NCBI GenBank assembly: GCA_031370005.1
Contig: JANMPT010000047.1
Span: forward strand, 1-28,013
Direction: 5' to 3'
DNA length: 28,013 nucleotides
Origin: Bdellovibrionales bacterium
GTDB taxonomy: Bacteria > Bdellovibrionota > Bdellovibrionia > Bdellovibrionales > Bdellovibrionaceae
Positions 1 to 9,765 of this stretch are shown piece by piece (positions within the stretch are counted from its first letter, which is position 1; every line of letters begins with the position of its first letter). Both the position numbers and the translations under genes were made by a program. Under the pieces are notes generated by a model, which saw only the letters and a list, made by a program, of their open reading frames with translations, was not told the DNA's origin and ran no database searches.

Positions 1-2
1 GA

Positions 3-125
3 AAACTTACTGATGCGTATCAGCTTCTAGATCCAACACAGATTGATGAGGGGAAGTACTACTCTCGGTGGAAGCTAAGACTGAATATTTCTGAAGACGA
101 GTTGCTGTCAGCGGTGAGGACATAA
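3..125 (+). CDS. 3' end (partial) of a type IV TA AbiEi-family antitoxin / transcriptional regulator
   Basis: Open frame from the window edge: KLTDAYQLLDPTQIDEGKYYSRWKLRLNISEDELLSAVRT*. The Y-x-LLDP-x4-G-x4-RW-x-L-x-LN tail is typical of AbiEi C-termini, and the TAA abuts the TTG start of an AbiEii-like ORF. Not in the ORF track. Confidence 0.65.
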   Translation, partial: KLTDAYQLLDPTQIDEGKYYSRWKLRLNISEDELLSAVRT

Positions 126-299
126 TTGATTGAGCAAAAGATAATATCTTTAATATCAAATAAAACGCAAAAACAAGGGGGCAAGAAAGTTCCCGAGGTT
201 GTTATTGAGCGGGACTATTGTCTTTCTTGGTTTTTATTCGGTCTTGCCCATTCAAGTTTTAAAGATCAGTTGATCTTTAAAGGTGGGACGGTCTTTTAG
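126..299 (+). pseudogene. Truncated AbiEii-family nucleotidyltransferase toxin (N-terminal 57 aa only)
   Basis: Translates MIEQKIISLISNKTQKQGGKKVPEVVIERDYCLSWFLFGLAHSSFKDQLIFKGGTVF*. IERDY and LIFKGGT are AbiEii signatures, but the ORF stops right after FKGGT, before the RFSEDLDF catalytic motif, and I see no continuation downstream. Confidence 0.8.
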
Positions 300-522
300 A
301 CAGGCTGGCCTATTTGGCGAATGAAGCAAGAAAGATAACTGGCTATTTCGCCCGGAGAAATGTTCTCGCGCGGGCCCTCACGATATACTTATTTTTGACG
401 CAGCAAGCTTAAGGGGTGTGGGCATCTGAACGCCCAAGTTTTTGATTTGTCATTCTTTTTATCTTAACAAGTCTTCCCTGGGCGATTTATAAAAGACTTC
501 GTTTTTAAGAGAAGGGCATAAA

Positions 523-1254
523 ATGGCTGAGAAGATAGACATCACTCTTTTTTTTCCGGTTTATAAAGATGAGCGCACTGTCGCGAGTGTCACGGAAAAA
601 TCGGTTGAGGTTTTGTCCCAATTGACGGAAAACTGGGAGATCTTGATCATTGATGATGGCTCTCCGGACAGGTCAGGGGAGATTGCTGACGAATTGGCAA
701 AAGCCAATCCAAAGATTCGGGTCATTCACCATGAGACCAACTTAGGCTATGGCGCGGCCATTCGCCGCGGTCTTGGCGAGGCTCATGGGGAATGGATTTA
801 TTTTACCGATGGGGATGATGAGTACGATGTCTTTGAGTTTTTGCGAGTTCATAAAATCCGAGATTTTTACGATCTAATTATCACTTTTAGGTACAAGAAG
901 TTGTACTCCTCAAAGCGGCAATTTATTTCTCATGTTTATAATATCGTTCTTCGTTTTTTATTTAAAATCCGCTACCGAGATATCAGCACCGGCTTAAGGG
1001 CGATGCGAAAAACTCTGGCCCAGGAGCTTGTTCTGAGCACGAACTCTCCATTTATTGGCGCGGAGCTGACGATTAAGAGTGATTTGAAGGGCTATCGTAT
1101 TGGGGAGATGGGGATTCAGACTTTTCCTCGTGAGTTCGGCAAGGGGGCTTCGACTTCATTTCGGAATATTGCAGCGACGATTAAGGATATGTTTAGGGTT
1201 TATCGAGAGATCTTTTCAGATCGGTATGATTTGCCGCGGGGACGGGGGCGGTAG
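523..1254 (+). CDS. Glycosyltransferase family 2, DPM1/polyprenol-phosphate glycosyltransferase-like (no C-terminal TM)
   Basis: FFPVYKDE, IIDDGSPD, NLGYGAA, FTDGDDEY (DxD) and DISTGLR motifs; GAAGGG RBS before the ATG. Confidence 0.9.
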   Translation: MAEKIDITLFFPVYKDERTVASVTEKSVEVLSQLTENWEILIIDDGSPDRSGEIADELAKANPKIRVIHHETNLGYGAAIRRGLGEAHGEWIYFTDGDDEYDVFEFLRVHKIRDFYDLIITFRYKKLYSSKRQFISHVYNIVLRFLFKIRYRDISTGLRAMRKTLAQELVLSTNSPFIGAELTIKSDLKGYRIGEMGIQTFPREFGKGASTSFRNIAATIKDMFRVYREIFSDRYDLPRGRGR

Positions 1255-1257
1255 GTT
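1247..1257 (+). promoter_or_regulatory. ops-like element (GGCGGTAGnnT)
   Basis: GGCGGTAGGTT overlaps the GT2 stop codon about 75 nt upstream of wzm; it matches the RfaH ops consensus, but no JUMPStart stem is seen. Confidence 0.3.
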
Positions 1258-1331
1258 TGTTTGTATTGCATATGGCGTCAGGAGTTAATTAACCTGGAAA
1301 GATCGCAGATAGTTATATAGTCTAATCTGCC

Positions 1332-2123
1332 ATGGTAAGCTTTGTTAAATCTTTGTTTTTGTATAGAAAAATGGTTTGGAGTTTGGCAAAAAGCGACTTC
1401 CGAAGTCGTTATCTTGGTTCGTTGCTTGGAGTACTTTGGGCTTTTATCATCCCAATGGTAAATTTGGGAATTATGTGGTTCGCATTTCAGCAAGGGTTTC
1501 GGACAAGTCCTAAAGATGGCGTTCCATTTATACTCTGGTTAGTAACCGGAATGTTTCCTTGGACTTTTTTTTCCGATTCAATTTTATCGGCGAGTAATTC
1601 GATAGTTGAAAAATCATTTCTAGTTAAAAAAGTGGTTTTTCAGATTGAGTTTTTACCGTTTATAAAAATCATCGCAGCAATTTTCCCATTTTTATTTTTG
1701 TCTATAGTGATGTTTCTTTTATTTTTGGCCTATGGATTTCGTCCAGACTTATATTGGCTCCAAACTGGTTACTATGCGATTTGTCTTTGTAGTTTAGTAA
1801 TTTCATTTTCATGGCTAACAAGTGCTATCGTAGTCTTCTATCGTGACTTGGGCCAGGTAATCACAATAGGTCTTCAGTTGGGTTTTTGGATCACTCCTAT
1901 TTTCTGGTCTCCAGATCATTTGCCGTCTAAATTTCGTTTTGTAGCATTTTTAAATCCCGTAAATTATATTGTTAGCGGATACAGAAACAGTCTGATTTCT
2001 AAGGAGTGGTTTTGGCAAAACCCTTCTCAAACTATTTATTTTTGGTTTTTAACGTTGAGTATTGGTGTGGTTGGCATATTAGTGTTTCGGAAGTTAAGAC
2101 CACACTTTGCGGATGTCTTGTAG
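1332..2123 (+). CDS. wzm: ABC-2 polysaccharide exporter permease
   Basis: DFRSRYLGSLLGVLW, PWTFF, LVKKVVF, RDLGQ, FWITPIFW, LNP and KLRPHFADVL motifs; about 6 TM segments; adjacent to wzt. Confidence 0.95.
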   Translation: MVSFVKSLFLYRKMVWSLAKSDFRSRYLGSLLGVLWAFIIPMVNLGIMWFAFQQGFRTSPKDGVPFILWLVTGMFPWTFFSDSILSASNSIVEKSFLVKKVVFQIEFLPFIKIIAAIFPFLFLSIVMFLLFLAYGFRPDLYWLQTGYYAICLCSLVISFSWLTSAIVVFYRDLGQVITIGLQLGFWITPIFWSPDHLPSKFRFVAFLNPVNYIVSGYRNSLISKEWFWQNPSQTIYFWFLTLSIGVVGILVFRKLRPHFADVL

Positions 2124-2125
2124 AT

Positions 2126-3481
2126 ATGAAAAATGAAATTGTAATTAGTGTTAAAGACCTATCGAAAGCATATAAACTCTATTTGAGACCGTCGGATCGC
2201 CTCAGGGAGGTCCTTCATCTATTTAGAAAGAAATATCATAGAGAATACAAAGCGCTTCGCTCTATTAGCTTTGAAATTTCTAAAGGACAAGCGGTCGGAA
2301 TAATAGGAAGAAATGGAAGTGGAAAATCAACCCTATTAAAAATTTTAGCGGGAGTATTAAGCCCGACCTCTGGTGCAGTTCGAGTGCAAGGCAAAGTTAC
2401 GGCCCTATTGGAATTGGGCGCTGGATTCAACCCAGAATTAACCGGGACAGAAAATATTTATTTAAATGGTACTTTGCTAGGTTTTACTGCTGATCAAATC
2501 AAAGAGCGGATGCCAAGTATTGTTTCGTTTGCCGATATCGGTGAATTCATTCACCAGCCTGTGCGATTGTATTCAAGTGGCATGTTTGTTCGTTTGGCCT
2601 TTGCTGTAGCGATCAATGTTGATCCTGATATCATAATTGTTGATGAGGCACTTGCGGTTGGTGATGTGGTCTTTCAGCAAAAATGTATTCGTTTTTTGCA
2701 GAGTTTTCGAGATAAGGGCGGGACAATTTTATTTGTTACCCATGATATGCCGACAGTACTTAGTTTTTGTGATCGGGCCATCTTAATTTCTAGGGGCACA
2801 GACTATGTTCTGGACGGACATCCTTCACAAGTATGTAAGAAATTTTTAGAGGATGTTTATAATGATAAGTCGTCTAAGCATGAAGAGCAGAAATGGAAGT
2901 CGGACGAAAAGACCAATCGAGATATGCCATCTAGCGGGATCGCGATAAAGGTTTTAGAAAAAGAACAAACTATTGCACAATGTAGTTTTTCTACTTTTGG
3001 GCAAAAAAGTGAATCATTTGGCCTTGGTGGCATGGCAATTCTCAATTGTTATTTCGAAGATGAAGATGGACGAGCCATCATGCATACAAGCGCTGGAAAA
3101 ATAGTTAAATTTTGTATGCATGTGAAAGTCAATAAGGACATAAACCACGCTGCATTTGGTATTATGCTTAAAGATAGAACTGGGCAATACGTCATTGCTG
3201 AAGGGACAGATGCTGCCTTCAGAAACCAAGACATGAGGTTAGTTAAAAATCAAATTGTCTTAGTTAAGTTCGAATTTGAGATGCCTACGCTCGTTGATGG
3301 CGAGTATTTATTTAATGTAGCTGCAGCGGAAGGGATTGGTCATAACCATGTTCAGCATCATTGGGTGCACGATGCAATCCTAATGAAGGTCTTATCAAGC
3401 CGACTGGCGCAGGGAATTGTTGGGCTGAGGGGGATAAACATATCAGTTGTTGTCGCGGAAGGTAAATATGTTCAAAGTTAG
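2126..3481 (+). CDS. wzt: ABC polysaccharide exporter ATPase with C-terminal carbohydrate-binding (Wzt_C) domain
   Basis: Walker A GRNGSGKS, YSSGMFVRLAF signature, Walker B VDEALAVGD, VTH. The C-terminal ~160 aa beta-rich domain includes FGIMLKDRTG and LVDGEYLFNVA. Start moved to the ATG at 2126, 2 nt after the wzm stop. Confidence 0.95.
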   Translation: MKNEIVISVKDLSKAYKLYLRPSDRLREVLHLFRKKYHREYKALRSISFEISKGQAVGIIGRNGSGKSTLLKILAGVLSPTSGAVRVQGKVTALLELGAGFNPELTGTENIYLNGTLLGFTADQIKERMPSIVSFADIGEFIHQPVRLYSSGMFVRLAFAVAINVDPDIIIVDEALAVGDVVFQQKCIRFLQSFRDKGGTILFVTHDMPTVLSFCDRAILISRGTDYVLDGHPSQVCKKFLEDVYNDKSSKHEEQKWKSDEKTNRDMPSSGIAIKVLEKEQTIAQCSFSTFGQKSESFGLGGMAILNCYFEDEDGRAIMHTSAGKIVKFCMHVKVNKDINHAAFGIMLKDRTGQYVIAEGTDAAFRNQDMRLVKNQIVLVKFEFEMPTLVDGEYLFNVAAAEGIGHNHVQHHWVHDAILMKVLSSRLAQGIVGLRGINISVVVAEGKYVQS

Positions 3482-4550
3482 GGGTCGATATGGTGTATTC
3501 GAAGTTATTGGTAGTGACACCGTAATATCGAGATCAATGAGAGAGTACGGCGAATGGGCAGAGGGGGAAGTGAGTCTTTTTAAAACACTTGTTCGGCCCG
3601 GTGATTGCGTGATTGATGTGGGGGCTTTTATCGGCACCCACTCTGTTGCGCTTGGAAAGTTAGTTGGTCCATCTGGTGAGGTTTTTAGTTTCGAACCTCG
3701 TCCCGAAATATATGCGATATTGGTTAAAAACGTTCACAATAATACTCCCGACGTAGTTAAAACCTATAATTTAGGTTTAGCGGAGAAAGATGGAGTATTA
3801 ACAACCCATAGTATTGATACCAATATAGACATGAATTATGGCGGCCTTACGATTCGTGAAGGTGACGAATATGTAGCTAGCAAAATCAATAACACTGTTA
3901 ATTTGAAGGCGCTAGACTCCTTATCCTTGCCAAAAATAAGTTTTATTAAGGTAGATGTTGAAGGTATGGAGCAGGACGTTTTAAATGGTGGAGATAATCT
4001 CATTGCTAGAGATCGACCTAAAATATACATAGAGTGCAATAATTTAGATAAATCAGCTTTTGCTCTAAGCTTCTGTGATAGATATGAGTATCGTGCATTT
4101 GGGTATGTTTTTAATGCCTTTAATGAAGATAACTTTTTTAAAAACAGCTCAAATTTTTTGGGAAAAGGGCGAGAAATGGGTATATTGCTACTTCCTGTTG
4201 AGGTCCCGGAAACGACGTTTGATCAGCTTAGCAGTCTTTTGTCTGGTGCAATTGTTACACTTGACGACATCGTCTTGCAGCTACTTCATGTACCTCAGTA
4301 TTCGTGCGACCATCTCACTCAAACCGCCTCTGCAGATGTTATCGGGACGAAATTTACATCACCGTATTCACTTCAATTGGAGTCAGAGATACAAGAGTTG
4401 GAAGACCTTAGAATTTTATCCGAGAAGAAAATAGCTGACTTGCAACAAGAGCTAAGACGGATTGAGTCTTCAAGTGCTTATAAATTTGGCATGGTAACTT
4501 TTAAGTTGATAAAGTTCCCACTTGCCTCTTTTAGAAGGATAGTTAAATAA
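3468..4550 (+). CDS. FkbM-family SAM methyltransferase with C-terminal coiled coil (WbdD-like chain terminator candidate)
   Basis: YGEWAEGE, VIDVGAFIG, SFEP, FIKVDVEGME, RPKIYIE motifs; heptad-like LESEIQELEDLRILSEKKIADLQQELRRIESSSAYK tail; ATG at 3468 overlaps the wzt end. Confidence 0.88.
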   Translation: MFKVRGRYGVFEVIGSDTVISRSMREYGEWAEGEVSLFKTLVRPGDCVIDVGAFIGTHSVALGKLVGPSGEVFSFEPRPEIYAILVKNVHNNTPDVVKTYNLGLAEKDGVLTTHSIDTNIDMNYGGLTIREGDEYVASKINNTVNLKALDSLSLPKISFIKVDVEGMEQDVLNGGDNLIARDRPKIYIECNNLDKSAFALSFCDRYEYRAFGYVFNAFNEDNFFKNSSNFLGKGREMGILLLPVEVPETTFDQLSSLLSGAIVTLDDIVLQLLHVPQYSCDHLTQTASADVIGTKFTSPYSLQLESEIQELEDLRILSEKKIADLQQELRRIESSSAYKFGMVTFKLIKFPLASFRRIVK

Positions 4551-4647
4551 CTCATTTAAAAATCTTATTACACTTACAAATGGTTTTCTAAGCGGAGTTT
4601 TAATGGTAAAAAATTAAAAGAGCTTTGTGGCTTTTTAGGGGTAAATT

Positions 4648-5691
4648 TTGACTAAAAATCAGGAAATGATCTGGGAAAAGGGCCAAGATGTCTGGGAGCG
4701 TCTAAGGAATCGCCACATTTTTGTAACCGGCGGCACGGGCTTTTTTGGCAGATCTTTGTTGGATCTTGTGAGTGTGTTTAATAAAGAAGAGGCATTGAAC
4801 TTGAAACTGACAATCCTCACTCGAAGTCAAAAAAACTTTCAAGAACAGTGGCCAGAACTTTGTGAGGGGTTATGGATTCATTTTCAAGAAGGGGACATCA
4901 TTGATTTTGAGTTTTTAAATACGGATATTGATCACATTTTGCATTTCGCGACTCCTGCCAGTGCAACTCTTAATATTGAAGCCCCCATAAAAATGTTTGA
5001 TATTGTGGTCAACGGAACCCGACGCACCCTGGACTTTGCTCGTTTTTCCGGAGTCAAAAGTGTCCTTCTCGCGAGCTCTGGCGCTGTTTATGGACGCCAG
5101 TCTCCAGACATGCCCTATATTTCTGAAACCTATTCCGGTGCGCCAGTGTTGGACTCAAAGACCTCGGCCTATGGAGAAGGTAAGCGTGTCGCAGAACTTC
5201 TTGGAAATCTGTATAGCGATAAGTATGGTTTTGAACATAAGGTAGCTAGGTGCTTTGCCTTTGTGGGACCTCACTTAGATTTTAATGGAACTTATGCTAT
5301 TGGAAATTTTATTCGAGATGCGGTGGCTGGAAATAGCATTAATATTAAAGGAGATGGAGCTGCCTTTAGGTCATACATGTATTGTGATGACTTAGTATTA
5401 TGGCTTTTAAAAATCCTGTTAGATGGAAAAAATAAACAGCCCTATAATGTGGGATCTGATATCCCATATTCGATCAAACAAGTTGCTGAAGTAGTTGGAG
5501 CAGTCATTGATCCGACTATTAAAATTAATGTAGCTCGGCTTCCTACGACAAGCGCTTCGGCAGAACGCTACATTCCCTCAGTGGAGCTTGCCAAAAATCA
5601 ACTTGGATTAGAAAACTGGACAAATATTGAAAGTGCTATCCGCCAGACTGCTGAAATTTATGAAGAGTTTACAAAAAAATTAGGAAACTGA
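4648..5691 (+). CDS. NAD-dependent epimerase/dehydratase/reductase (extended SDR), nucleotide-sugar modifying
   Basis: TGGTGFFG Rossmann motif, ASSGAVYG, YGEGK (YxxxK), ARCFAFVGP, RSYMY, YNVGS; TTG start with an AGGGG RBS. Confidence 0.9.
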   Translation: MTKNQEMIWEKGQDVWERLRNRHIFVTGGTGFFGRSLLDLVSVFNKEEALNLKLTILTRSQKNFQEQWPELCEGLWIHFQEGDIIDFEFLNTDIDHILHFATPASATLNIEAPIKMFDIVVNGTRRTLDFARFSGVKSVLLASSGAVYGRQSPDMPYISETYSGAPVLDSKTSAYGEGKRVAELLGNLYSDKYGFEHKVARCFAFVGPHLDFNGTYAIGNFIRDAVAGNSINIKGDGAAFRSYMYCDDLVLWLLKILLDGKNKQPYNVGSDIPYSIKQVAEVVGAVIDPTIKINVARLPTTSASAERYIPSVELAKNQLGLENWTNIESAIRQTAEIYEEFTKKLGN

Positions 5692-6021
5692 GACTCCTCA
5701 TTAATTTGAGTGACGGGTATTTAAGTTTCAATGCCAAGTTGTGCATGGGCGATCGAGGTTTTGATATATTATACTTCAGTAAATCACTTCTCCATAGGCT
5801 CGCATCAGGTTGATTTTGACACAGCCAGACTCGCTTATCAAATTTCCCAGTCTGTTTGGGATCCCCTATCAGACTTTGTATGCTTTCCATCTAAATTAAT
5901 TTATATAAAGTGGGATCTATTGGGGTGCCGTCAAAGTGCAAGAGTCAGTACTTTACATTAATTTGGCTATTCAAGGGTTTAGCTTGACGAATTGCGCTTT
6001 AAAATTTAACAATCATCGGAC

Positions 6022-6897
6022 ATGAAAAAAGTAAAAGTCGCAATACTAGGCAGCGGTAATATTGGCACTGATTTACTTATCAAAGTTTTAAGATCAGAAA
6101 AACTAATATGTGGAATTTTTTTAGGCCGAAACTTCGGCTCTTTGGGAATTCAAAAAGCGCAATCTTTGAATGTTCCGGTTTCTGCAGAGGGTATCGAATA
6201 CATCAAAAAAAATCCTGACTGTTGTGATATCGTGTTTGACGCCACCTCTGCAGCTAGTCACATCGAACACGCGTCCGTCTTGAATAAATTAGGTAAAATT
6301 GCTATTGACCTTACTCCTGCGAAAATTGGGCAAATGTGTGTTCCTGCAGTGAATTTAAAAGAGAGCCTTGATTCACGAAACGTGAATATGGTGACATGCG
6401 GGGGGCAAGCATCCATTCCTATCGCCTATGCAATCGGTAAAACTCAAAAGGACATCGACTATATTGAAGTAGTTTCAGCCATAGCCTCAAAAAGTGCGGG
6501 ACCAGCAACTCGCGTGAACCTAGATGAGTATATTCATACAACTGAAGAAGGTATCAAGCGATTCTCTGGAGCAAAAAGAACAAAAGCCATTTTAAATCTA
6601 AATCCAGCAATTCCATGCATCAATATGCAAACAACAGTTATGGCCAAAGTTAAGACTCCAGACCTAGAGGCCTTAAAACCAGTTTTAATGGAATTAGTCT
6701 CCCACGTAAAAAAATACGTTCCTGGCTACGAAGTTATCGTGGGGCCGATTGTTGAGAATGATCGTATTTTTATAACCGTAAGAGTTAAGGGACTCGGTGA
6801 TTTTTTACCCGAGTATGCTGGAAATCTAGATATTATTAATTGTGCTGCTATTGCAATGGCAGAAGAGTATGCAGAAAAAATGCAAGGACATAGATAA
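6022..6897 (+). CDS. dmpF: Acetaldehyde dehydrogenase (acylating), DmpF/MhpF family
   Basis: GSGNIGTDL, VFDATSA, DLTPA, NMVTCGGQA (catalytic Cys), SAGPATR, YAGNLDII motifs. Confidence 0.93.
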   Translation: MKKVKVAILGSGNIGTDLLIKVLRSEKLICGIFLGRNFGSLGIQKAQSLNVPVSAEGIEYIKKNPDCCDIVFDATSAASHIEHASVLNKLGKIAIDLTPAKIGQMCVPAVNLKESLDSRNVNMVTCGGQASIPIAYAIGKTQKDIDYIEVVSAIASKSAGPATRVNLDEYIHTTEEGIKRFSGAKRTKAILNLNPAIPCINMQTTVMAKVKTPDLEALKPVLMELVSHVKKYVPGYEVIVGPIVENDRIFITVRVKGLGDFLPEYAGNLDIINCAAIAMAEEYAEKMQGHR

Positions 6898-6898
6898 T

Positions 6899-7915
6899 AT
6901 GAAAAACATTTTAGTCAGTGACCCGACGCTGAGAGACGGAAATCACGCAATTCGCCATCAGTTAACTGCCGAGCAAATTGGAAGGTACTGCAGAGCTGCG
7001 GATGAGGCAGGGGTGCCTATCATAGAGGTTGGCCACGGAAATGGTATTGGAGCCTCTTCTTTGCAGCTTGGTGAATCTGCGTGTTCCGACGAGGTTACGT
7101 TAAAAACTGCTCGTGATAATCTGAAAAAATCAAAATTGGGAATCCATATGATTCCTGGCTTTGCAACTATCGAAAAAGATCTCAAAAGGGCTATTGATTT
7201 AGGAGTCGATGTCATTCGCGTTGCAGCTCATTGTACTGAGGCCGACTTAACTCAAAGACATATCGAATTTGCTCGTAAGCAAGATAAAACTGTTTATGGT
7301 GTTTTAATGATGTCCCATATGGTTTCGAAAGAAACCCTTCTAGAAGAAGCTAGAAAAATGGAGTCCTACGGCGCCCAGGGATTTGTTTTTATGGACTCAG
7401 CGGGTAATTATTTGCCAGAAAATGTTCGTGAACGAGTTCGGCAGCTCGTACAAGGCCTCACGATCCCTGTCGGTTTTCATGCCCATAACAACCTTGGAAT
7501 GGCTATTGCGAACTCTGTCGCGGCAATCGAGTGTGGAGCAGAAATGCTAGATGGATGCGCTCGCGGATTTGGAGCTGGAGCTGGAAATGCTCAACTAGAA
7601 GTGTTAGTCGCGGTTATACATCGTATGGGATATAAGACTGGAATTGATTTTTACAAACTCTTAGACGCTTGTGACATTGCGGAGAAAGAGCTTATGCCAG
7701 CCCCTCCTACTATTAATTCATTGAGCATCATTAGTGGTCTTTCCGGTGTATTCTCAGGCTTCATGAAGCCTGTAGATAGAATTGCAAAGCAGTTAAATTT
7801 AGACCCAAGAGACATATTTTTTGAACTTGGAAGAAGAAAAATAATTGCCGGCCAAGAGGATTTTATAATGGAAGTCGCAAAGGACTTGGCCTCTAAAAAT
7901 GGGGCTCAAGTATGA
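6899..7915 (+). CDS. dmpG: 4-hydroxy-2-oxovalerate aldolase, DmpG/MhpE family
   Basis: DPTLRDGNH, IEVGHGNG, HCTEAD, LMMSH, DSAG, GFHAHNNLG, GAGAGN, GQED motifs; ATG at 6899, 1 nt after the dmpF stop. Confidence 0.93.
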   Translation: MKNILVSDPTLRDGNHAIRHQLTAEQIGRYCRAADEAGVPIIEVGHGNGIGASSLQLGESACSDEVTLKTARDNLKKSKLGIHMIPGFATIEKDLKRAIDLGVDVIRVAAHCTEADLTQRHIEFARKQDKTVYGVLMMSHMVSKETLLEEARKMESYGAQGFVFMDSAGNYLPENVRERVRQLVQGLTIPVGFHAHNNLGMAIANSVAAIECGAEMLDGCARGFGAGAGNAQLEVLVAVIHRMGYKTGIDFYKLLDACDIAEKELMPAPPTINSLSIISGLSGVFSGFMKPVDRIAKQLNLDPRDIFFELGRRKIIAGQEDFIMEVAKDLASKNGAQV

Positions 7916-8994
7916 GCCTTCAAAGTTTTAATTTTATTGAAGAAGACCTTATGGATCTGTTTTCAAAAGTAAAGCCAGATGAGCTTCAACTTCTTAAAAA
8001 TAGTACGGTATGCATTACCGGCGGATCGGGCTTTGTTGGCACGTGGCTTTGCGAAATAATTTACTTTCTAAATGAAAACCACAATTACAATACTACTGTC
8101 TTGGTTTTAGATCGTGATATTGAAAAAGCGAAGAATAACAGCCCTCATTTATTCAATTCTAAGTGGTTTCAGTATCAACGCGTGGATGTTCGTTATGTTT
8201 TAGACTTGCCTAAAGACGTTACCCATATAGTGCATGCTGCAGGTTTACCTGATAGCCGTAATCAGATATCTAATCCGGTGGATGTAATGAGTAGTATTGC
8301 TATTGGAACAGAATCCGTACTTCGGGCTGCAGAGCGCCTCTCAAATCTAAAAATGTTCTTAAATTTAAGTTCCTCTCTTGTTTATGGTAACTTTGTAAAT
8401 CGAACTGAGAATGTTAAAGAAACGGACTTTTTCGTTGCTAATGAGTCTTCCGTATCGTCTAGCTATATCGATGCGAAACGATACTCTGAGTCCTTAACTG
8501 CTGCCTACCGCCATCAATATCGGATGCCCATAACGACGCTAAGACCATTTACGCTAGCTGGTCCTTACCAACCATTGAGCGGCCCCTGGGCTATTAATAA
8601 TTTTATTAGCGATGCAATTCATGGTGTTTCTTTAAAAGTATTAGGTGATGGCGAAACACTGCGAAGTTTTATTTACGCAAGTGACATGGCTTTTTGGATC
8701 TTAAAAACTCTAATTTATAGTGAAACCGGCTCCCGTTTTAACTTGGGAAGCCCAGAGACGATTTCTATTAAAGACCTCGCTCACCTTGTTCTAGATCATT
8801 TTGGTCTTAAAAAAGATATTTTATATCATGCGGGAACAGGTGCTGCTCTGAAAAAAAGTCGTATGGTGCCTGATACAAGCTTAATTCAAAATACTTTTAA
8901 CTTGAAGTTGACCGTCCCACTTAAAAAGACTATTGAGCGAACTATTCAATGGCATTTACTCGGTAAAAATAATTCGCGGGAGACTACGCTGTGA
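7912..8994 (+). CDS. Second NAD-dependent epimerase/dehydratase/reductase (extended SDR)
   Basis: TGGSGFVG, HAAG, SSSLVYG, YIDAK (YxxxK), RSFIYASD, FNLGS motifs; ATGA overlap with dmpG. Confidence 0.9.
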   Translation: MSLQSFNFIEEDLMDLFSKVKPDELQLLKNSTVCITGGSGFVGTWLCEIIYFLNENHNYNTTVLVLDRDIEKAKNNSPHLFNSKWFQYQRVDVRYVLDLPKDVTHIVHAAGLPDSRNQISNPVDVMSSIAIGTESVLRAAERLSNLKMFLNLSSSLVYGNFVNRTENVKETDFFVANESSVSSSYIDAKRYSESLTAAYRHQYRMPITTLRPFTLAGPYQPLSGPWAINNFISDAIHGVSLKVLGDGETLRSFIYASDMAFWILKTLIYSETGSRFNLGSPETISIKDLAHLVLDHFGLKKDILYHAGTGAALKKSRMVPDTSLIQNTFNLKLTVPLKKTIERTIQWHLLGKNNSRETTL

Positions 8995-9758
8995 CGAACT
9001 TTGTACGTGAGAAACTCTCTCATGGAAAGTCTGTCTGTGGTATTTGGAGTATTATTCCCTCTCCGGTTTTGACAGAAATCGTATCACTCTCAAAATTTGA
9101 TTTTCAGATTTTTGATATGGAACATGGTGTATACGATTTTGGAACTTTAGACATCGCAATCCGAAGCTCTGAAAATAATGGATGCTCGCCTTTCGTGAGA
9201 GTTCCTGGTCTAGATGCAGTTGCCACTCAAAAAGCTTTAGATTTAGGTGCTCATGGAATTATCTTTCCCCAAGTCCAAAACTCTGAAGATACGTTGAATG
9301 CGGTAAAACTCACAAAATATAACCCAGTGGGAAATCGCGGATTCAATCCCTTCACTCGTGGATCAAACTATAGTATTAGGAAAACAGATTTAAAAAATCG
9401 TAATCACAATGATTTTGCATTTACGAGTATTATTGTCGAAAACAAATCCGCTGCGAAAAACCTTGATGCCATCTTAGATACTGAGAATCTCGAAATAATT
9501 TATCTTGGGGCTTATGATATGTCCGTAGCCCTCGGCTGTCCTGGTGATATGAAAAATCTGGAATTACTCTCGTTTTTAGAAAAAAGTATCACAAAAATTT
9601 GTAAGGCAAAGAAAGTCGCCGGTGTCATGGCACAGACTCCTGAGGAAATGCAGCGATATGTAAGTCTCGGAGCAAAGTTTGTTGTTCTTGGGGTGGACTC
9701 TTTTCTAATTGGAGAAAGTCTCTCGTCGATCCAAAATCAATTTTCAAAAATTTTATGA
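8991..9758 (+). CDS. HpcH/HpaI-family class II pyruvate aldolase
   Basis: FDMEHG, VRVP, LDLGAHGIIFP, YNPVGNRG, IVEN, GAYDMS motifs; GTGA overlap with the preceding SDR. Confidence 0.9.
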   Translation: MTNFVREKLSHGKSVCGIWSIIPSPVLTEIVSLSKFDFQIFDMEHGVYDFGTLDIAIRSSENNGCSPFVRVPGLDAVATQKALDLGAHGIIFPQVQNSEDTLNAVKLTKYNPVGNRGFNPFTRGSNYSIRKTDLKNRNHNDFAFTSIIVENKSAAKNLDAILDTENLEIIYLGAYDMSVALGCPGDMKNLELLSFLEKSITKICKAKKVAGVMAQTPEEMQRYVSLGAKFVVLGVDSFLIGESLSSIQNQFSKIL

Positions 9759-9765
9759 GGAAATC

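Noticed and set aside
5669..5961. Short ORFs 5669..5890 (-) and 5731..5961 (+) in the 330-bp gap before dmpF
   Set aside because: No recognisable motifs, and they overlap each other; the gap may hold an internal promoter, but I could not support one.
6022..7915. Aromatic-degradation (meta-cleavage) operon suggested by dmpFG
   Set aside because: No ring dioxygenase, hydrolase or hydratase is present; the genes are coupled to nucleotide-sugar enzymes.
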